DNA of 64,000 nucleotides from Pocillopora damicornis (Eukaryota): NCBI RefSeq assembly GCF_003704095.1, contig NW_020845796.1, positions 186,001 to 250,000 of the forward strand, read 5' to 3'. Shown piece by piece: positions 1 to 18,990 of this stretch (position 1 is its first letter; each line of letters starts with the position of its first letter). The notes under the pieces were generated by a model. It saw only the letters and a program-made list of their open reading frames with translations, ran no database searches and was not told where the DNA came from. The position numbers and the translations under genes were made by a program.

Positions 1-481
1 ATTTATGTTTCCACAACTGGGAAACAGAGAATTTCTTCTTTAGTGAGACATGAAAGCTAAACTCGTTCCATAAAGGGTGGTTTTAAAGCTTCGTTTCCTC
101 TGAGTTCAGCACTAACTCTTTCAAAAACAACCGCCTTTTGTTCGTTGGGGGATTGGGTCGAGGAATTTAGATACCAGTGCTAACTCGGCCAACTCCCAAG
201 AGCGTGGAGGTCGCGCAAGAGGTCGCAAACGGTGTCCTAAAAGAATTTTTTGGTTTAGTTAAGGGATATCAGCTGCTCACGTTCTCTAGAGACTAAAACC
301 AACAAATTGACCAGTTTCAACCAAATTTGATATGCACGGAATTTATATTTTAAATACGCTCAATTTCACCACAAAATGGAAAGGTGTGGGAGAGGTTTCA
401 TTACTTTGTTGCGTCATGAAGTGTTTGTGACGTAATAGTAATACTATAAACTTCCTCGTTCACTCAACCTTAGTTCTTATA

Positions 482-2033
482 ATGCTTTCCCCATTTAACA
501 CAACAAACCGGGCCACTTTCCAAAACCCAAGACATGTGCCAGGGTAAGAAACGTAATCAGAAATTTATTTGACGAGATGAACTAAGAACAGTTAGGCTTA
601 ATTTTCAACAATACCAAAATGCACCTTTGTTTTCATTTAGCTATGCAGGCTATTGTCCCCAAGCCAAGTTCTGGCATTACGGCGACACATTCGGTAACAC
701 CACAGCGAAGTGTTTCCAGGACAGAAGGACAGCTAAGCTGAACAGTAGTAAGGCGACACAACCAGGAACATACGGTGATGGCAGACCTGAATTTCCAACT
801 GTTTACTCCAGCACGCCCAACTTGGTCCTCGCTGCTCGAACGAGAACGAGAGAACGATGGCGCAATGCCAAGAAATACTCTCTGTTTAATGAACACGAAA
901 GAGGACGAGAAGTCAAGGAATTTGACCAGGTATTTACTTCGGATAACTTGAGCGCATCTAGAGTGAGCGTCGCGCTTTAGCAGCAAACACAACAGAAGAG
1001 GAGCGCTTCATCGCGCGTTAACGCTTTACGCGCGCCAAACTGAGTGCACGATACTTACACCAATGTGCCTCAAAGTGTGATGGATTATCAATGCTTTTTG
1101 TCATAAGGCACATAGGACAACATTAACAAACCGCGAGGCTTGCTCGCTAATACGGTTACAGTGCAAAGTTCTTCCAGTGCAGTAAGGCACATAAGGCCCC
1201 TTGAAAGGTCGAGCTTAGTTCAAATATAGGTTGACTGAGCCGATAAGATCACACCCTTTTTTAATTTGGAACTGTAAAATCGAAGCAGGAAGACTACTCG
1301 TAAAATTAAGCGAAAAAAAAAATACATGAAATATGGCATTAGCAAAATTAAGTCGGCGTCTCTAATATGAACGATACGCTGGTCCTTTCAATTAAAGTGA
1401 TTTTACTCTAAGGTCAGGTTCCTGAAGTTACCTGTAAATAAGTTCTCCAACTCAATACAGGAGCCATAATCGTATCTGATAGTTTGTTTGTTTGTTCTAT
1501 TTTCGATCAAGCTTGCTCAGAGTCATCGAGAATATTACATGGATGGAATTGGTACAGTTCTAAGAGTGGAGCGTTTTGTAATCCCTCGAAAAGAGCAGTC
1601 AGCAATAACCAGGTAATATTCAATCGTAAGGACCAGTCAGTAATTTCTGCAAGGGGGAAGGGGGCGGGGGAGGTTGGAGAATTATTTTAGGGGGGAGCTC
1701 ATGGTTTCAGGGAGAACGGAGGGGGGATTAGACAAAATCCACCTCCCCACCTCCCGCCTCTCCCAGCGATAAATCAGGACTGGTTACTACAAAACTTTCA
1801 TTGGAGAATTAAAGTTTGTTTGACAATTTTTTCCTTTCATATTGAAAAGTGCGGACAGCAGTAGCTTACTCAGACAAAGAGTTTCAATTAGATGTCCATT
1901 ATGTGGAAAACTTGTAGAAGAGAACGGCTGTAGCTGTACGACCAATCACGGACTACCTTATAAAATGAGCCCTCTTATAGCTTGCACCTGGAGGGACCGG
2001 GGCCTCAGAGATTTGTACTTCGAGAAGAGATAA
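482..2033 (+). CDS. CIMIP2C: Ciliary microtubule inner protein 2C-like (FAM166C/C2orf70), 4 exons, ~211 aa
   Basis: Exons 482-543, 641-929, 1512-1612, 1850-2033, all GT-AG and phase-consistent. Translation VPGYAGYCP..YGDTFGNTTAKCFQDRR..FPTVYSSTPNLVL..RERW..HREYYMDGIGTVLRV..RDLYFEKR parallels, from memory, human FAM166C (MPGYQGHVP..YGTTTLKYFQDHR..FPTIFSTNPNLLL..HRKYYQDKTGTVPRV..RDCYFEFRA). Confidence 0.85.
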
Positions 2034-2706
2034 GATCAGGATCCCACACGGGTATGGACCTGCTACGATATGAAAACTGTTAGAACTGTTAAATTTTGAA
2101 TCAAGAGATTTTAACTCGTTAAGGATTTTGTTTCTTTACTCCATAAAGTAATTTTTTTATTCCTTACTAATTTATCTCCCAGCTATTTATAGAAAAGCTG
2201 TCATTATCTAATTAAAGCGAAAAAAATTAATGGCCGGATTACCTTTACAAGTCGTCTCTCTTACAACGTTGCAAATCGTGCAATTATTGCGAGATTCTAG
2301 AATAAACAACGAGTCTCTTTAACAGCACATTTAATCTTGGAATCAAAGTCGTCTTCAAGATAAGTGGTGTTCAGTTGCTGTACTTCGTGCGGGGCTCTGC
2401 TTGGAAGAGTGTCAACGATGTAGACTCTTGGTATGCCGTCCCCTTGTAACGCTCCCTAACCATTTCACTTGTTACTTGGCAATGAACTCATTGAGAGCCC
2501 TGCAAAGTTGATGTGATCTCTGATGGATTCAATTTTGAGCGAGAGGACGTACCAGTGAATTGACCCGATAAAATAAGTCCTGTGGAACCGAGGGATTAAG
2601 TTTAACCTTGACAGCAAACAGTCATTCAATTTCAACTAATAATACCTGCTCCCATGGCGACAGAACACTTGAGGAAGGTGGAATACTGGGATGAACTGTC
2701 AAGATT

Positions 2707-9985
<7,279 letters not shown>

Positions 9986-10157
9986 AACTAGTGATAAAAC
10001 GAAAAACTACACCAAAACAAGGACAGAAACGAATAATTACTATCAAGTTCACCATATGTGCTCGTCCGCCATGTTAGATTTTTACTAATCCGCTGAACGT
10101 CAACCCATTTTCACCTAGGGCTCAACTTTTCGTGGACGTCACTTTTAATCCGATTAT

Positions 10158-10303
10158 CACCGGTTGTTCGAAGGTCAGATGACACAATCCACTGGATAAA
10201 TCTCTCTCTGGTGGATAACGCTATATGTTTCGCCATCATTCATGCGCTGGACAGCAAACTGTCCGTTGGATAGCATTATCCGTCCTTTATACAACTGGGC
10301 CCA
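10158..10303. mobile_element. Palindromic MITE remnant upstream of RECQL
   Basis: ccggttgttcgaagg..atccactggataa..ggtggataacg..ttatccgtcctttatacaactggg: imperfect inverted arms. Confidence 0.45.
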
Positions 10304-12473
10304 GATGGAGAAAACGCTTGGGCTGGCCTAGATGACCCTTCATGACACTCTGCCATCATTCAAGGCAGAGTGTGATCACTTTCACCACGCAAACCAGAGA
10401 CAAGCCTTACACATCAGAGGAAAACGGACATGCGGAACCGATTGCCTAGTGAGATTTCTGGGGAGTGGTTACCCCGTCATTTGCTCTCCCAAACACTCAT
10501 GCCCCCACATCAAAGTGAGAAAACATCGGTCGTAGCGTGAGAAATCAAGTAAGATTTTTCATCTTCTTGAAACATCAAATTTATTTGACGGTAAAAAAAG
10601 AGTTCGATAAATCTTTAATACGAAAAACATAAAAACATTGGTGTGCTAAAGGAGTGTGCTAAAGTTGGTCATTGCTCTTGCTAGTTTAGACGCAATCGAG
10701 CCCTAACTGACCGGAGTAAACTATATACTCCTACAGAGGGATTTAGTGGTTGCAGTACTTCCGGTTACGCGAACTATCGCCGCCTAGAAACCTTTTGCGG
10801 TCGTCGGTTAAGCTTACGAGCAGGGTCTTCGTGTTTGGGTTTCGCCGTACGCCCCTCAGTTCCGGGCTTAGTCACCGATCATATCATCGGCGGCCGCTTA
10901 TGGAAAAAGTTAGTAAAACTCCTTCTTTCGTAGTTATGCCCTCCGCTTAATTAAGCTCAAGATCATTATTCCTTCAAAGAAAGTTGCAAAACCAACTCTG
11001 TCATCAGATGTCTACCAAAAGAATTAATGATGCATCTAATATCTTTCCCCGAGCTAATATCAAACAACTGAGTGTGCGAACTCGCGTCTGTAATAGGCAG
11101 GAATTATATGTAGATAGAACTCCTCTGCGGTTAGAAAAGAAAGAAAAAAAAAACTAAAACACGACTGCGTGAATGACCTGTTACACAACGCCCCACCTAC
11201 ACCTGTTGTCAAAGTAAAACCGAACCTAAACCATAACTAATTATTAAGAAACGACTCTTTTTGAACATTTTTTTCTGTGCAAGGTAACTTGCTAGAATCG
11301 TCTAGTCAGTGATATTGGTTTCTTTAATCAGTATATTTAGTAAAAGAGCACTGCTGGGTGATATTAGAATTCAATAATTCCATACTTCCGAACAAGTTCG
11401 TGCATTACAAGTCAAGCTAATTCTTGCCCAATATGCTCGATAAATGAGAAGAGAACAAAGAGAAATTGTCATAGTGGATTGAACGATTAAAAAAGCTGAT
11501 CATTGAGTCATAAAATAAACTCTGTGTTGCCACTAAGCCGTTATGGTTGACCAGACTAATAACCCCGGCCGGCGGATCTTGTATCGATCCTGTATTTATA
11601 GATTTTGCAAAAGGGCTTTCATTTTCACTGCAGGAGATGATTCATCTGCAAAACGATCATTAGCCAGCCATGACGTGAGCAGAAAAAAACTTGGTGCTTG
11701 GTGGTATTATTTTTGATGTTCGTTATCCTGACCGCAGGCTAGCTTTACGACATCCGGCAAACCGTGAAAAGTAATTCTACCCGCAAAGTTCGTCATTTAC
11801 AGTCCTTGACACCCTTAGTCATTCTTAACCATTATCGTTACTTCTTGGTCTATTCTTAGTGCGTTTGTGTCCATCTACGCCTGTAGACTATTTATCTTAA
11901 AGGTTTCTTCTATACAAAAAGGTCTTATGAGTTAATTCCTATATGAAATTCCACCTGGACAAACTTAGAACCCCTGCCTTCAATCAACGACGCTGTAGTA
12001 ACACAATACTCACACTAATCAACTTTTTGAAGAAAGCAGATTTGCTTTGTTTTTTTCTTTTTCTATTTCCTCTTACGCAAAACAGTTTTTTTTTACTCTG
12101 GACTCTCTTGGCAGCAAAATTTCCTTCTTCGTCTGCCCTCGAGAGGCTGATTCGTTAGAAAAATTTTCGTTTGCTAATTTGTCCTCAACAATATTTTCCT
12201 TTCAGCTGTCGGAAGTTATAGCCATGTTTGGACAATATTGCAGTTCTATGCAATAATTGACCTTTTGCAGAGAGGGAACAGGGGCGGTCGAAGTTATTTT
12301 AAACACAGTGGAATTAATGCTCACTTTTCCCGTAGAATTGTACCACTCAGAATTTTTGTGACAAGTAAAATTGATTGGACGGAAGTCAAAATAATGCTTA
12401 TATGGTCTTTACCGGTAATGATCAGAAAATGCTTACATCATCATGCATGCGGAATCCACCTGTAAAAAAAAGG

Positions 12474-12480
12474 TATAAAA
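12474..12480 (+). promoter_or_regulatory. TATA box of the small peptide-precursor gene
   Basis: TATAAAA ~95 bp upstream of ATG 12569, with an Inr-like TCAGT at ~12510. Confidence 0.55.
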
Positions 12481-12568
12481 AGCTGCTCCGAGCCAGACGT
12501 TGCATTATTTCAGTCGAAATCGGTGTGACCTGACACGAGCTGTACCGAAGTTGTCACAGTGACACAAA

Positions 12569-13566
12569 ATGAAAGGAGTCATAATGTTAGTAACCTTTGT
12601 CGCCATTTTTTTCGTGCTGTTGGGAGTTGCATCGGGAGAGCGTGAAAATACATGGCTGTTACGCTCTAAGGATGGTCTTACAAGAAGAAGGTGAGAATTC
12701 ACTACGGTTGTGTAAGTCTCTCGTACACTTCTTGTACCAAACAGAGATTCAAAGATTCCGAATATTTAAGAGTTCAGTCTGAAAACTGAGGTTAATAGGC
12801 ACCAGTATTTCAAATAACCGAGTGGTTTTACGGTTTGTGCTGCAGTTTGGCAGATGTGATATTGCAGAGACCGTTTCTCAGGCGCGCAGAGAGATCAGCT
12901 GGAAGATTTAAACGTTGGTGGTGGTGTAGCCAAGACCCTCCACTTCCAGGTTGTGATAGAAAGATGAAACAAAAAAATGGTTCACGTGGAATTAATTTGA
13001 AACAATCAAGTAAGTCAGTCAAATTTCATCCTTGACTTAATGGCTAATTTGTTACTCTCTGAATCTATAATTAAGAGCAAATATGGACCTACCCAAAACG
13101 TGTCAGGAATCATTTGTGGGGGATTGCTGATTATTTTTGTAGGTGTTAAAATCTTTCTAGATTGAGATGAAATATAATTACAAATAATTTAAATCGCTGT
13201 TGAAAAAACACAGCCCACGACTAACCCGATTAATAAATATTTCTTTGAGGTATGAAACCACGCATGCTGAACCACTGGGAAAGTGGACTTTGCGGCCAAA
13301 ATTTAAGGAATAAAATAAGAAATGACAGTATATTTGACATTCTAAAGAACAGCTCTTACTTAGAAAGGATATTGAGTCATTTTTAAAGAGAATGAAACAA
13401 AAGAAAAATCAAGAATTCTATATATTTGACCGAGTTCAAGTATTTTCATTTTTTTTTTGGGTAAGAATTTATAACCAAGGTTTGCATTTTTAAAATGTTT
13501 TGGAAAGTATAACTTAAAATGTGATTTCTTTTTTCTCTTGACACAGAATCGCAGCTGCTGGACTGA
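12569..13566 (+). CDS. Small secreted prepropeptide (101 aa), putative neuropeptide/toxin/antimicrobial precursor
   Basis: Exons 12569-12690 (AG|GTGAG), 12846-13009 (A|GTAAG), 13547-13566; phases 2 and 1 match. Protein: MKGVIMLVTFVAIFFVLLGVASG-ERENTWLLRSKDGLTRRSLADVILQRPFLRRAERSAGRFKR-WWWCSQDPPLPGCD-RKMKQKNGSRGINLKQSKSQLLD*. Clear signal peptide and dibasic sites. Confidence 0.8.
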
Positions 13567-14798
13567 TTCGAAGTAATTTTGACAACTTCAGTCGATTCCA
13601 TAAACATTAACACGCCACAAATGAAGCCAATTTGTAAAAGTACATGAACCGTATTATCGTTTTACAAATTTTAGCCGGATATTTTATTTATGCTGTCAAA
13701 TGATATTTATTGGGTATATTGGGAAAATTTAGATATACTTATGAAGATAGATGTTCAATTTGTAACTATCAGCCGCTTACAAGACAAGCAGTACGGTTTA
13801 GGCTTCAGAGGCAATAAAAATTGTTGAATCAAAAAGTAGTTGTCGTCAGATGCTGTTATTTCCGGCCCTTTGTTTCAGAATTTTTATTCTGAAGGAAGAA
13901 ATGGTTTATTCCTCATTGACAAAGCCACCCAAGGCCTTTTTCTTGTAATTCCTGATAACTTCAAGGGCCTGGGGCTCTTCTTAAAATAAAAATCTTAAGA
14001 AGAGCGGAGTGACCTTTAGCTTTAAAACCAGTTCATTCCGTCACAGTTCCAAATATTTCATCGTTTGAATTTTTTACAAATGTTGATATCTCTATTTTGA
14101 AGGAAAAACACAGCAAACAAAAGACACCTCTCCGTGATCGGTAGCCACCGGAATTTTCCAGAAACGAGTTCCCTTGGTCTGTCCTACTGGGAAAACATTC
14201 TTTTGAGCTCTCTTACGTAATACGTAATGAGCCTTATTATCATTTTTATTATTGTTTTCTGAAACCAGGTAGCGATACAACAAATAAAAAACGAAAATGT
14301 TGCTGGAAATATTTAAGCCGCTTACCTCTGGAGAACTTCCTCCGCAAATTTCGTGAGTGCGTCGGAATTCTGAGAAATCCATTTCAGTTCAAATTTGGCT
14401 CTGCTGGTGGAAGATTATTAAATATATTTTCTTCATCTTCAGGGTGTAATGTTTACTAAATTTTTGAAATAATTTTGATCAAAAACGAGCGCCGGAAGGT
14501 GGTTCACGCCAAACTAACTTAAAGTTTCTGAATTAAACTTAGAAATGATCAGAGATCCAGGTAGCTGTGTCATTAACAGACATATTTACGAACGAACGCG
14601 ACATTTCCGTCATTCTGCCCTTCCGAGAACCCACCTCCGTTTTATAAGGGAATTAACAACTACAGTTTTTTCGGCTGCTTATATCTATTTCCTGTTTACG
14701 GCATCAGACGTAAAATGGTATTTTACTCTGCTACCGTCAACTCAATTCAAGAATTTTAAAGAAATTCTATAAAACTTCTAGAATGTGGGCGTTTTCGA

Positions 14799-14997
14799 AG
14801 GTCTCAATAATCAACCGTTGCCTTAAAATGGAAAAATATTTCAGCGCAATAATTGAAAAATTTTAACCGTTAGTCATAAAAAAAGTTAACCGTAAACCTT
14901 TTCCTTTTTAAAACATTGGAAAGAATTAACTGTTAGTCATTAACTTGCCAATATTTTAATCGCTAGCAGTGAAAGTTATCACTTCATAGAGACCCTC
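14799..14997. mobile_element. MITE with GGTCTC/GAGACC termini
   Basis: aaggtctcaat ... atagagaccct inverted ends with internal 'ttaaccgttag' subrepeats. Confidence 0.45.
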
Positions 14998-16197
14998 GTA
15001 TTCGCGTCATTCCACCTCCAAAAGTTAATTTTTGTTAATATCACTTCCGCCTACCTTCGCAGGAACAGAGAAAAGTCTTATCTTGTTAGTTTTGCTTGAC
15101 ACTTTTAATTTTTTTGCCGTAGGAATTCCGTTGTCGCAATTTGAATCATTATTACCCGCCTAAGCTGTTAACATTTACGTTGACGAAACTCGGAAATCCT
15201 GCCGAATTGCTGTCTTAAAGAGGATGAAAAAGCCCTTTGCAATTAAATTGAAGTAAACATGTGACAGGAAATGCTCTGTCGGATTTTTGCTCAATTGTCA
15301 AGTTTTTCATAGGGACGTTTGTGGTATAAGTCCGTATAAGATTGATGCATGGATGTCTTGAGTGTGTTTTTTGGAACTCGTATTTATATAGACAAAAACT
15401 GGAAACCACAACTATTTATCATCAGTTAAGGTTACGGACATGTGCCGCTTTCTGACGAAGAAAAAGACGCACCGGATAGAGTTGTGGCGACAAGGAAGAG
15501 AACTGAAATGAAAACAATACAATCATATATGGTTTTAGCAACACTCGCCGCTGTGAATCAATCAAAAAGTTTTTCTCAAGTTACGTTCGCAGAAACATGA
15601 AGAGGCACCTTCATATTGCCTTTAACGTGAAGTCTTGAAAAATTACTTATTTGCTCAACTCAGTTACACAAACGTAAAAAGGAGCTAAAACGTATAAAGT
15701 AATAAAAATAACAGCAGAAAGAATGATGAACGATACACTCATAATTCTGGCAGTTTACATAGAACACTACGATCCTTTATTATAAACATGTACTAAAACA
15801 TGCATTCATTGACTGCGCGCATAATCCAGTATTGCTAAATATTGCCTTACAAACAAAGGGACGGCTTTTTCCGATGGGTGTCGTGACAACAAAACCAAAA
15901 TGCAAACAACAACAGCCCATCAGAGGAGAGGAAAGTGTCGCTAGGAGCCGATAAAAACTCATATAAGTAAACGATCACGGGCGCGGGAAAACGCGGATAG
16001 TAATGATTGGTTTCTTGCTGCAGTGGTTATGAGGGTCGCACGAGTTTTCTGAACCAATCACGGAGTGCAGTAAAGCGAACCCTATAAAACCCAATTGGTT
16101 TTAAAGAAATTTTATTCTCAATCTGACACTCTTTGAAAATAACTTCTGTAGTAGCATATGAACATCATACGTGGAATTTGAAGTGATTATAGGGTAG

Positions 16198-16383
16198 TTA
16201 ACCCTTTAACTTTTGTGAGTGACCAAGACAGAATTTCTCCTTAATATATTTATATAATATTATGCAGACAAGTGATGAGAATAAAGAAAAATATCATCAA
16301 TTATGGGATTACAAATTGATCCGATACCAAATTCTCCAAGCTAGTTAATGAGAATCATTTTGGCAGATAGTAAGGAGAATTAC
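16198..16383. mobile_element. Truncated TTAA-MITE
   Basis: TTAA-CCCTTTAACT..gaccaagacagaatttctcc..; right TIR missing, replaced by SINE sequence. Confidence 0.7.
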
Positions 16384-16605
16384 TGTGTTGCGTTCTTCGG
16401 CAAAACGCTTCACTCTCACAGTGGCTCTCTCCATTCAGGCTAGGACTAGAATTGGCGAATTGTCAGGGAAGCCTGTTAAAATGCTGGGGGCTAACCTTGC
16501 GATGGACTAGCACCCCAGCCAGGGGGAAGAAGTAAAACTCCTAGTCGCTTCATACGGGCCACTAGGGCGGGCCACTAGGCACGAGAACAGACTTTAACTC
16601 TACCT
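16384..16605 (+). mobile_element. SINE body (5'-truncated)
   Basis: tgtgttgcgttcttcggcaaaacgcttcactctcacagtg..gctgggggctaaccttgcgatggactagcaccccagccaggggg..ctcctagtcgcttcat; homologous to the split copy at 5478-6115. Confidence 0.6.
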
Positions 16606-18642
16606 TTTAACAATAGCGAACGCTTCATAGCTGTCGGCAAAACCAAAAGCACTCGTCCAATGGATGATAAGTGCAATGATCAATTATTTCACGAAACATT
16701 GTGAAAGCTGCCCGTCTGCAAATTCTCAACAGTGTGTATGGGACGAGCCTTCATTGACTTCATTGTAGCAGTCATTGTAGTGTTCGGTGTTACCCGCAGA
16801 ATCTCGGAAGGTATTGGCTGTGATCCCGAGAAAAATTCCATTTAGGTTTTAAACGCCACTCCTTTTGAAAAGATGCGAGTGTCATTGTGATAATTCTTCG
16901 GTAATCTATAGCTCCTTGACTTCATTTCACGTGAGACACATAACTAAGCTTATCAGAGAGGTTTTGGAATTCTATAAGATGATTTTTATCTCAACAAACT
17001 CAAAATAAATACAACGGATAACTGTCAATAAAATGCGCATGCTGTTCTAAAAGTCGGTAAAAGCTTTTTAAACACCTCAATCTGCAAGATGTTTTTCACG
17101 GGTCATTTCCCCCGACCTTTGCGGAGGAAATTCTGTCTTACTGGAATTGCCATGAGAACAATGCACAACTCATAAAGAGTTCTTTTATATGAGATACGGA
17201 ATGTTTTAAAGTAAACGCCTTGAATACCGCAGAAACTCGAATGAAAGAGTCGCTTAATTATTCAGTGAATATATCTCCCCACAATCACCAACAAATACGA
17301 TAAAATTCCGGAGTCCTCCCCCTCAAATGAAACCAGACATTTTATCTATTACTTGTCTTCTAATCAGATCCTTTCATCCTGTGAGAATTATATTACACCG
17401 CATGATATGTTTTGATCAATTGAAAACGGTCTGGATCACAAATAACAGGAGAAATCTGTAATATTCCTTTAAACTGGATCGTTGTGAATCGACAAGAAGA
17501 GGATCTTCTATCTTTTAGAAGGGGCCAAGAGAAGTCCTAGCAAAGACGTGGACCGCAAGCAGGTCAGTTATAATTCTTGCCCTATTATTTTTAGCTAAAG
17601 CTGGATACGTGTCTTAAGAGTTTTCGTGAGGATGTTGTACGTTTCTGTCTTCGTGTTGAGTGTCCGAAGCCGGCCAACTTTGATTTAACGACGACGCAGT
17701 TCTAACGACTTTGCAGACTAAAAATAATTGTTTTCAAATAATTTTAACATCTAAAACTTGGCACAATCCTGTCAAGGCCGGGGGGGGGGGGGGGGGGGGG
17801 AGGTGAACACGGGATATGCTATGTGGCTCCCTCGAGGACGAATTGAGGGAAAACGTCGTTCTGCAACCCGGTTGAGGGCAAGCTTTTGATGAACACTGGG
17901 TAGAAAATTTCGTTAGGGGAGCTGTTTCTCTCTCTCTCTAGGTGATCTTTTCATTAAATTATCTAACTTTACCTGAGTTTAGGGATCCAAGTTATCTTTA
18001 ATGAGTTTTTGACAAAATCCCTGTGGGGTTAGAAATGCTCAGTTCGTCCCCCCCCCCGTTCCGTTTTGCGGTCCTTCACAATTATTTATTTTTCGTCCCA
18101 AGTAAGACCCTAATTGTCGATCATAAGCACAACAAAGGATAAGAAACTCTTTGGTACACGCATTAGTGTCATAAAACTAAATTTATGTATTTGATTTAAG
18201 ACTTTATTAATCGTTTTCCCCGAGCAGAAATTTCAATCCGAGTTTTGTAAGAACATGCGAACGTAACTGCCTCTTTTATTGATTCAGGAATTTAAAAACC
18301 CTAAAAATGCTTGTAAGCAAGTGTAATTTCCGGATTTTAAGAACTTGGGCTAAATATTTCACATACTGCTTACTTGTTGGCGGTAATGGCATAGAAACTA
18401 GGGAGCTAATTGCGCTTTATATTTCTGAAGTTCCAGAAGATCTAAAAGTTTCGTCATTTTTTGCAAATAGTATTAAAGTACAGAATTAAAAAGCAGATTT
18501 TTCATCTCAGATTACCAATCTGACTATGGGGATTGAAAAAAGCAATGAATTCCTATTTCACTCGATTCAGCCGATGAGTGTTTTGTTATATATTGTCGGC
18601 ATCAACGTCTTTCTAGACTTTTCTCGTTGTGGCGAATGGAAC

Positions 18643-18990
18643 AAATCGCTGATCTTTTGGGGGAGAATGAAAAGCTAGAACCCGTTGTCCTTCCTAACGT
18701 CGCTGCTTTCGACTCAAATTTAATTTAATAATGTTTTAAGTTTTTCTTTTGATCTGAGAAACAATAGAACTGTCCTTGCTGGTCGCAAGGTGCATGAATA
18801 CTTTTCCTTGTTCAGTCACGTCAGTCAAATCACTGATTTTTTGGGGGAGAATGGAAAAAACCATTGTCCCTACTAATATTGCCGCTTTCGACTCAAATTT
18901 AATAAAATTTCCTTGTGTTTTCCTTTTAAGATTTTCTTTTGATCTGAGAATCAATAGAACTGTCCTCGCTGGTCGCAAGGTGCATGAACA
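18643..18990. repeat. Tandem duplication, ~185-bp unit x2
   Basis: aaatcgctgatcttttgggggagaatg..gctttcgactcaaattt..gatctgagaa.caatagaactgtcct.gctggtcgcaaggtgcatgaa occurs at ~18643-18800 and ~18827-18990. Confidence 0.8.

Noticed and set aside
627-992. Single-exon ORFs on both strands
   Set aside because: The plus ORF is exon 2 of CIMIP2C read into introns; the minus ORF is its antisense shadow.
10698-10920. Telomerase RNA candidate (CCCTAAC followed by an A-rich GTTAGT segment)
   Set aside because: The template is only 7 nt, and no convincing pseudoknot, CR4/5 or H/ACA elements are visible.
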